From Naegleria gruberi (Eukaryota), in NCBI GenBank assembly GCA_000004985.1, contig GG738997.1: a DNA stretch of 13,269 nt; one strand, 5' to 3'. Shown in pieces: positions 7,749 through 13,269 of this stretch; the first letter of the stretch is position 1, and each line of letters starts with the position of its first letter. The notes beneath the pieces were generated by a model. That model saw nothing but the letters and a program-made list of their open reading frames with translations. It was not told the origin of the DNA and made no database searches. Position numbers and translations under genes: made by a program.

Positions 7749-8635
7749 CAAATGTAGATTTAATGATTTGCGATTTGCCATATGGTGTTTTTAAAGATTC
7801 CCCTTATGATGTCTTATTTACTGATGACCAATTGAAAGAGTTTATTGACAATTTATACCAAATCACTCCAGACACGAATTTTCCAACTTGGATCTTCTTT
7901 GGGGAGTATAAGCAAATTGTAAAGCTTCAAGAATTAATTGAACTAAAGAAAGGCAATGCAGTTATATGTATTTGGGTGAAAAATGGTCGTCAATTTGGTG
8001 CAAACTTTGGTACGTATAAGTATGAAAGCTTCCTTCTTTGCTTCCCCAACAAGCAAGTGAATATCAAGCCACAGGGTTTCAGTTTATCACCATTCAGTAT
8101 TTGCTTTCCATCAGAGACTAACTTTTTGAAAGACTCCAACTCAAGAGAGTGTAACAAGGGTCAGAAGCCTCTTTCTTTAATTTCGTGGCTTGTTTATCAA
8201 TTTTCCAACGTTGACGGTATTGTTCTTGATTTATGTTCGGGAACTGCCACCACAGCAGTAGCTGCAGTTAGTTATGGTAGAAATTCGATCAGTTTAGAAA
8301 GTAATCATGGCCAATTCGAACACGCTGCAGAACGACTCAAATTATCAGAATTTGAGAAGGTAAATTTTGAACCCTTAGTTGTTTGTACAGTATCTGAAGA
8401 CAAGGAAAAAAAGGAAAAAAAGAAATCTACAAAAAGAAAAACAGCACCCACCAAGAAAACACCGAAAAAAGCAAGCAAAAAGAAAAAAACTGAAACACCT
8501 TTAAAGGGAAGTAAAATGCAATCGAAAAAGGCAGAGGAAATTGCGATGAAATACATAGACAGCGAAGCAGTAGAAATGGCATCTGATGAAGAGAATGTCA
8601 GCGAAAAAGATGAGGAAGAAGATGATGAAGAATAG
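5348..8635 (+). CDS. Seven-exon gene encoding a ~994-aa protein. Its C-terminal third is a beta-class (motif IV then motif I) N6-adenine/N4-cytosine-type DNA amino-methyltransferase domain (N6_N4_Mtase fold), followed by a Lys-rich basic tail and an acidic tail. CDS join(5348..5813, 5869..6102, 6144..6485, 6541..6752, 6790..6970, 7030..7701, 7758..8635).
   Basis: Every junction is GT-AG and phase-consistent, and the exons sum to 2985 nt (995 codons). The first intron's acceptor is ambiguous (5868 or 5892), and both options stay in frame. The 37-nt intron 6753..6789 is forced, because an in-frame TAG sits immediately before the exon-5 start. MTase motifs: LLYGDVLELANIFPKKVSY|D|LMICDLPYG (compare GDxLExLxxLPxxSVDLIxTDPPY), GQKPLSLISWLVYQFSNVDGIVLDLCSGTATTAVAAVSYGRNSISLE (compare TQKPxxLxxRLIxxxSxxGDxVLDPFxGSGTTxxAAxxLGRxxIGIE), and HGQFEHAAERLK. 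Tail: KEKKEKKKSTKRKTAPTKKTPKKASKKKKTETPLKGSKMQSKK ... SDEENVSEKDEEEDDEE-stop. Confidence 0.85.
5827..5854. repeat. (AT)14 in intron 1 of the methyltransferase gene
   Basis: Direct reading. Confidence 0.95.
6498..6529. repeat. (AT)16 in intron 3 of the methyltransferase gene
   Basis: Direct reading. Confidence 0.95.
6981..7006. repeat. (AT)13 in intron 5 of the methyltransferase gene
   Basis: Direct reading. Confidence 0.95.
7714..7745. repeat. (AT)16 in intron 6 of the methyltransferase gene. This intron interrupts the MTase catalytic domain.
   Basis: Direct reading. Confidence 0.95.
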
Positions 8636-8649
8636 AGGGAAATGATATT

Positions 8650-8655
8650 AATAAA
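8650..8655 (+). terminator. AATAAA hexamer 15 nt after the TAG stop of the methyltransferase gene. Candidate polyadenylation signal.
   Basis: Motif presence only. AT-rich genomes contain many chance AATAAA hexamers. Confidence 0.3.
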
Positions 8656-8676
8656 ATGAATTAAACGAGTTGTTGT

Positions 8677-8678
<2 letters not shown>

Positions 8679-8708
<30 letters not shown>
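8679..8708. repeat. (AT)15 microsatellite downstream of the methyltransferase gene
   Basis: Direct reading. Confidence 0.95.
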
Positions 8709-8711
<3 letters not shown>

Positions 8712-8868
8712 CACAAGTATTAGTTAAAATACTAAAACATTAAATTTCAAATCTCTAAAAACAACAAAAAAAAGTTTATGAATCTACAAAACTAAATACT
8801 AAAAATCGAATTATGACCAAGAAATACACTAAACCATCAAACGGTACTACTAAGAAGGCGTTTACGAT

Positions 8869-9120
8869 TTGGATGACCGTGTATTCGCAGTGCTATTAGA
8901 AAAGAAATTGCAAACATTCGCACCAACTTTTGATGCTAATGAATTGTCAAATTTCATTGCGAAGGCTTCTGTTACAAGTAGCTCTTCTGACACACAACTT
9001 GTCAACACTCAAACATCACAAGCGCTTACCAGCAACTCCACTGCCGCCACAACAGAAGATGCAACCGGCAACAAAGAAATCGCAAACGCAACTCAAAACA
9101 CAAGAGAAGAGTCTGAATAA
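8869..9120 (+). other. 83-aa ORF (MDDRVFAVLLEKKLQTFAPTFDANELSNF...). Either a small gene or an upstream ORF in a long leader of the downstream Zn2Cys6 gene.
   Basis: An ATG-initiated ORF in a locally GC-richer segment. The ORF stop and the TF start codon are separated by 258 nt of CT-rich, leader-like sequence with no further long ORF. No homology is recognised. Confidence 0.25.
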
Positions 9121-9378
9121 ACAATTTCACTTCTGCTTTCATTCGAATTTCCGAATTTTCCTGTTTTTCCGTTAAGTCGGACACAGCTCATTGATTGAAA
9201 CAGAATTGCAATTTCTTGAGAGAATGATGACCTTTCAACTCGGAGTTTTCTCGTTTACCCGCAACGATAAAATCCTTAAAAAAATTTTTACGCAAAAAAA
9301 AACGTTTTTAACCTTTCTGTGCGATTTCTGCGTTCATCAAAAAGACACCACAAAAAACACAAGAAGGGACAAAAAACT

Positions 9379-11920
9379 ATGAAGCCTTTAGCTGTGATGG
9401 TGAAAGTGGAGCCTGGGCAACAACAACAATCGCCATCCACTCCATCCACACCAACCAATTCCTCCTCCACCAATAATACCACAAATAATTCTCATATTGC
9501 TTCTAGTGGTCACCATCATCATGTGGGTAATAATCATAATCATCAGCACAATAATTTAATCATGATGAATCCGAGTTCATCAATTTACCCTTCCTGTTTG
9601 CCTCTTGCTATGAAGAGCAATTCTTCCTCTTTTATTCCTTCCCAGACACCTCCACCTCCACATCAACAAGGATTCAGTCTTCCTTCCATTCATAATTTGA
9701 CTTCACAACAACCATCTTCAAAAGTCATGGTGGATCACATTCATCACTATCAACAACAACATCCACAATCGTGGCGTGGTAATAATATGGAACCAAAACC
9801 ACCTCTTCATAGTAATGGTGGTCATGATTTGATGGAAGCCTTGTCAGCACAACCACAAACTATTGTAAGATATGCACCTCCTCTTTATCAAGCCATTATT
9901 CAACCAAGTATTGATATTGTTCCTATGGATAGTTTTATTCCTGGCTATATATCTGGATACAGAAAGACTCCACAGCAAGTAACAATTGGGACAAGTCCTG
10001 AAATGCAACCATCATCTAATCCTTCCTCTTCCACAACAACTGGAATTATTGTCACAAACAGTCCTACCATGACACCAGTTAAGGTTTCTCACTGTATTGC
10101 TGACCAAGAGTTGGTAAAGACAACACAATCAGTAATAGTGGCCTCCTCATCCGCCCAACAAGCCCCTTCATCCAATAACACCCAAACCCAACAACCACCC
10201 ACAGATCCAAGTCAAGCCAGAATGGCATGTATAAATTGTAGAAAATCACATCGTAAATGGTAAGTATTTTCAATGTATTAGGCAGGTTGTTATTGACTCT
10301 AATTTAGTGGTAAGTATTTGTAGAGATTACAGTAAAATTTACAGACCCCATTTTAAAGATAAGGGAATGCCTTGTGGTGAATGTAAAAAGAGAGGAATAC
10401 CTGATGAATGTGTTTATTATGAACCTAAGAAGAGAGGACCAAAGATGAAGACAGCTGAAGAGGAAGCTCAAAGTAAGGAGGAAGCAAAGAAAAGAAAGGT
10501 CTCTAAGAAGAATGAGGTTCCCTCTGCAACAGTAGTAGATTTGGAAAGGACCAATCTATTGCAGTCTAACTCTCAGATAATTGCCTCCAGCAGCTCCAAT
10601 GCAGCAACTACCACACCAGTAATCCCAGCCCTCTTCTCTAGAAAGGAAATTGATAGAAGAAATTACATTTTACACATGATCTTCCCTGAAGCAAACCTCC
10701 CTAATGATATTAAGGAAAACTGTCCAGATGATAGCTTTAACGAAATGTTTCGTCTCTTTTTATCAGATGAATTCGTTAGCTTTTTGGTTGAGTGTATGGA
10801 TGGTAATAAGAGTAAGAATCAATTGATGCCTTTCATTAGAGAAAAGGTTCTCCTCTCTATTCTCAATAGAATTATGGAACCATACTACCACGGCATGTAT
10901 TTTTCCCTAGAGTCTCTCTTTTTGAAATACTATTGTCTATTCAAGCTCTCCCCACATGATGATAATAGACCAATCTTATTGTTAGAAAGTGAGAAGAGTG
11001 TAAAGCAAAATAAGAAGGATTTCAATATTATCACCAATGACATACAGACTATAATTTGTAATCTGTGGAGTTCCTTCTTTAATACCATCCTCGAATTCAA
11101 GAGTGTGAATTCATCCTACAATCAACTCGTCATTAAGAATATGCTTGATCTAATTGTGAACAAGTTATCAGAGAATGTTGATATTCAAAGTGTATTGGAG
11201 TTACAACATGCTCTATTTACCAGATACTTGTTGCTCATTGAAATCCATCAACAGATTGAGGGATGTACAACCAATAGTGTACAGTTCAAGAAATTGGTGT
11301 TCAACTTTCTCAAGCTTACTTACCTCTCTGGAATCACTACGAAATCAGCAAAACTTGTCGATCAATTTGAAAAGTTTAACACGAAATTCTTTGCCATTCT
11401 CACTAGTCAGTACAGCTCCATGTCACTGAATACCAACTATGTTATGGCAGAAATGGAATGCTTTATTCCAAGAAACTTGACAGAATGTTTGACCTTCTTG
11501 AGCGTTATCACATCAGAAGGGGAGCAAGATTTGGAAGTTCTCTTCTTGGAGTACATGTCCAAGTTGTTGAACTTGAGTATTTACATGCAAGGTATTCTCA
11601 ACACTAACGATAAGAATCTTCAAGAAATGAATGCAAGCGTTGGGAAAGATTTCTTCCACATAGCCAAGAACCTCAAATCTCCAATTATTCTTTCAATCCT
11701 CAATTCCCTGCAGAATTATCTCATTACCTCCTTTTTTGAAAATACTATATCTATTCCAGAGTCTCCACAATTGGAAAATCAATTTAAGGAACGTATTTTA
11801 ACTAGTGCCAGTCAATTTGAACATCAAGATCATTTCTACTTGAGAGCAAGTAATTCTCTAATTCGAGGAAAAGATTTGTCAGAGATGCGGAAAGAGTCAA
11901 AGAAAGTATTTATAAAATAA
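9379..11920 (+). CDS. Zn(II)2Cys6 (fungal-type binuclear zinc cluster) transcription factor, about 822 aa, two exons. CDS join(9379..10259, 10333..11920). A low-complexity Q/H/N/S/P-rich N-terminal region of about 280 aa precedes the zinc cluster. A basic linker and a large C-terminal region follow it.
   Basis: The ATG at 9379 sits in an A-rich context (aaaaaact ATG). Exon 1 ends ...ACINCRKSHRK + tg. The intron has a gtaagt donor and a ttacag acceptor at 10331-10332. The splice restores TGT (Cys), giving ACINCRKSHRK-C-KIYRPHFKDKGMP-CGEC-KKRGIPDE-C, which is CX2CX6CX13CX2CX8C. The two exons sum to 2469 nt (823 codons). The spacing is within the known Zn2Cys6 range. The C-terminal domain was not matched to a named family. 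Confidence 0.75.
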
Positions 11921-11930
11921 TCTTGTAATA

Positions 11931-13269
11931 TTATTTACCATAGTATGGGATTGTGTTCTTCTTTCTGGAGAACCAAACATTTCTCTTACCAGTCTTGCCC
12001 AAGTATGCAGTGATTGCTTCAACTGAAACTTCGCTTCCTCTAAAGATTTTTGGTGTGGATGATTTGAAAAAGAGTCCTGAAATTCCTGAGCTATCTTCTA
12101 AAACAACAACCTTATCATAGTATGCATTCAAAATGTAACGAATGGGCACAGCATCGTCTGCTGTCAATTCAGTAATAATGTGATCAATCATAAAGGAGAG
12201 TGTTCTCAAACCACCAGCAAAGACATCATCTGACTTTTTAGAAATATCAACCTTTAGCAAATTGATATGAATATCTGCCGAGAAGTAGTCCTCATCGAGT
12301 GAGATGGTTTCAACAGATCCTGGAGTCTTACTTTCAGTTTCCTCATCTGCAGTAACAACATTTGTAAGATCAGCATTGTACTTGGTTGAGTATTGAATAT
12401 ATTTTCTGGCATCTCTGAAAACAGCCAAGTTTTTAACTGAAACCAATTTGTCAACATCATTTAGAGATGCAGAACTCTTAATCACTTCCACCATTTTTGG
12501 TTGAATTTCATACGAGATAACTTTACAACCCAACAGTGCAGGATAAATTGAATAAAATCCCAAATGAGAACCAACATCAACAATGAGACACTTCTTTCCA
12601 GTTATTTTTGAATCTCTTTGGAATTTCTCAATTAACATTTTGAATAGTTCTTCAGTTGCTGATTCCCAATTGCCATATCTAACCATGTGCTTTGAAAATC
12701 CAGTATCTCTAGCAGGATTCAACACTCTCATATAAAAGGATGGATTGGTATTTGTTTTTACAATATACCCAACAAGTCTATTATCATCTCTAACCAATGG
12801 AATCAAACCCTTTGGTTTGTTAGATTGTACAGCAATTAAAATCATAAATATCAATCCAATAACTGCCAATACAGAAATAATCAAATTCCTTGAAGGCAAC
12901 TTGTCCAAAAATGTTAAATATTTCGCTTTAATTCCACACATTCTCAATAAATTTCTAAATATTCTCGGAATGAAAGAAAAGATACTTCCAAGCCTTCTCA
13001 TCCAAACACCAGAAAAAGCCTTCACCGATTTTTCTCCCAAAATATTACTTTCATGATTTAATATTAATGGGAGTTGTTGATTTAAAGTACTACCACCACC
13101 ACCACTAGTAGCCATCTCCTCATCCTTTGATGGTGGCGATCGGGAAATTATATTAGATGAAACTGTTGTTGTTGTATTGGATCGGTTAAAGTTAGTCATG
13201 ATTGGTGCGAGTTCATCATCATCGGAATTATTTATTCTGATCAAAGATGACGACAATGAAGAATCATTA
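11931..13269 (-). CDS. FkbM-family (Methyltransf_21) SAM-dependent methyltransferase with a predicted N-terminal transmembrane anchor (LIISVLAVIGLIFMILIAV). It is 5'-partial: the reading frame stays open to the right edge of the window and the reported TTG start is not the true start.
   Basis: Motifs: KKCLIVDVGSHLGFYSIYPALLGCKVISYEIQPKMVEVI (compare vfDvGAniG..slyfa..ga.rviafEP of FkbM), and INLLKVDISKKSDDVFAGGLRTL (compare idllKiDvEGaE). Single exon over 441+ codons. Stop codon TAA at 11933..11931. Confidence 0.8.
   Translation of the reverse strand, partial: NDSSLSSSLIRINNSDDDELAPIMTNFNRSNTTTTVSSNIISRSPPSKDEEMATSGGGGSTLNQQLPLILNHESNILGEKSVKAFSGVWMRRLGSIFSFIPRIFRNLLRMCGIKAKYLTFLDKLPSRNLIISVLAVIGLIFMILIAVQSNKPKGLIPLVRDDNRLVGYIVKTNTNPSFYMRVLNPARDTGFSKHMVRYGNWESATEELFKMLIEKFQRDSKITGKKCLIVDVGSHLGFYSIYPALLGCKVISYEIQPKMVEVIKSSASLNDVDKLVSVKNLAVFRDARKYIQYSTKYNADLTNVVTADEETESKTPGSVETISLDEDYFSADIHINLLKVDISKKSDDVFAGGLRTLSFMIDHIITELTADDAVPIRYILNAYYDKVVVLEDSSGISGLFFKSSTPKIFRGSEVSVEAITAYLGKTGKRNVWFSRKKNTIPYYGK

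Noticed and set aside
5348-8635. Possibility that the MTase is bacterial contamination or a chimeric contig
   Set aside because: The MTase domain itself is interrupted by a GT-AG intron with exact phase, and the same ORF continues through five more introns into AT-rich eukaryotic sequence. The codon usage matches its neighbours.
8305-8712. Minus ORF 8305..8712 (poly-Ser/Phe, IYIYIY)
   Set aside because: It is the antisense of the Lys-rich tail and of the (AT)15 tract.
10310-10315. Second gtaagt inside the Zn-cluster intron as the real donor
   Set aside because: Using it leaves an in-frame TAA at 10261 in exon 1. The resulting intron would be only about 23 nt.
11175-11429. Internal ORF 11175..11429 (+)
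   Set aside because: It is an alternate frame nested inside the long TF exon.
12254-13056. ORFs 12254..12460 (-) and 12745..13056 (+)
   Set aside because: They are nested or antisense within the FkbM methyltransferase CDS.

Overview
This window is AT-rich eukaryotic nuclear DNA, not prokaryotic. Several multi-exon genes can be reconstructed with canonical GT-AG introns. Donors are mostly gtaagt/gtatgt, acceptors are yag/tttcag, and intron lengths run from 37 to about 80 nt. Every reconstructed CDS sums to a multiple of 3. Eight (TA)13-19 microsatellites sit almost entirely in introns and intergenic spacers.

Gene content, left to right:
- Minus strand, 1..926 (partial): an F-box-like / RNI-type leucine-rich-repeat protein encoded by near-identical 72-bp tandem coding repeats.
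- Minus strand, 1726..2370: an N-terminally truncated PIF/Harbinger DDE transposase (DDE_Tnp_4) remnant.
- Minus strand, 3179..5124: a 4-exon gene for a 601-aa protein with no domain I can recognise.
- Plus strand, 5348..8635: a 7-exon gene for a ~994-aa protein, divergently transcribed from the previous gene. Its C-terminal third is an unmistakable bacterial-type beta-class amino-methyltransferase (N6_N4_Mtase fold). Motif IV reads DLPY and is followed by the TQKP-like and FxGxG-like motifs. The domain is split by a eukaryotic intron and ends in a lysine-rich tail plus an acidic tail.
- Plus strand, 9379..11920: a fungal-type Zn2Cys6 zinc-cluster transcription factor. An intron splits the cluster and a long Q/H/N/S/P-rich low-complexity N-terminus precedes it.
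- Minus strand, 11931..13269 (5'-partial): a membrane-anchored FkbM-family (Methyltransf_21) SAM methyltransferase. It is convergent with the TF gene, with stop codons only 10 bp apart.

The most interesting object is the intron-containing, NLS-tailed, prokaryote-derived DNA amino-methyltransferase gene. It sits in a TE- and repeat-bearing accessory-looking neighbourhood beside a second bacterial-family methyltransferase. I cannot pin the lineage from sequence alone. The Zn2Cys6 factor and very short introns suggest a fungus, possibly early-diverging. A bdelloid-rotifer-like or other AT-rich host cannot be excluded.
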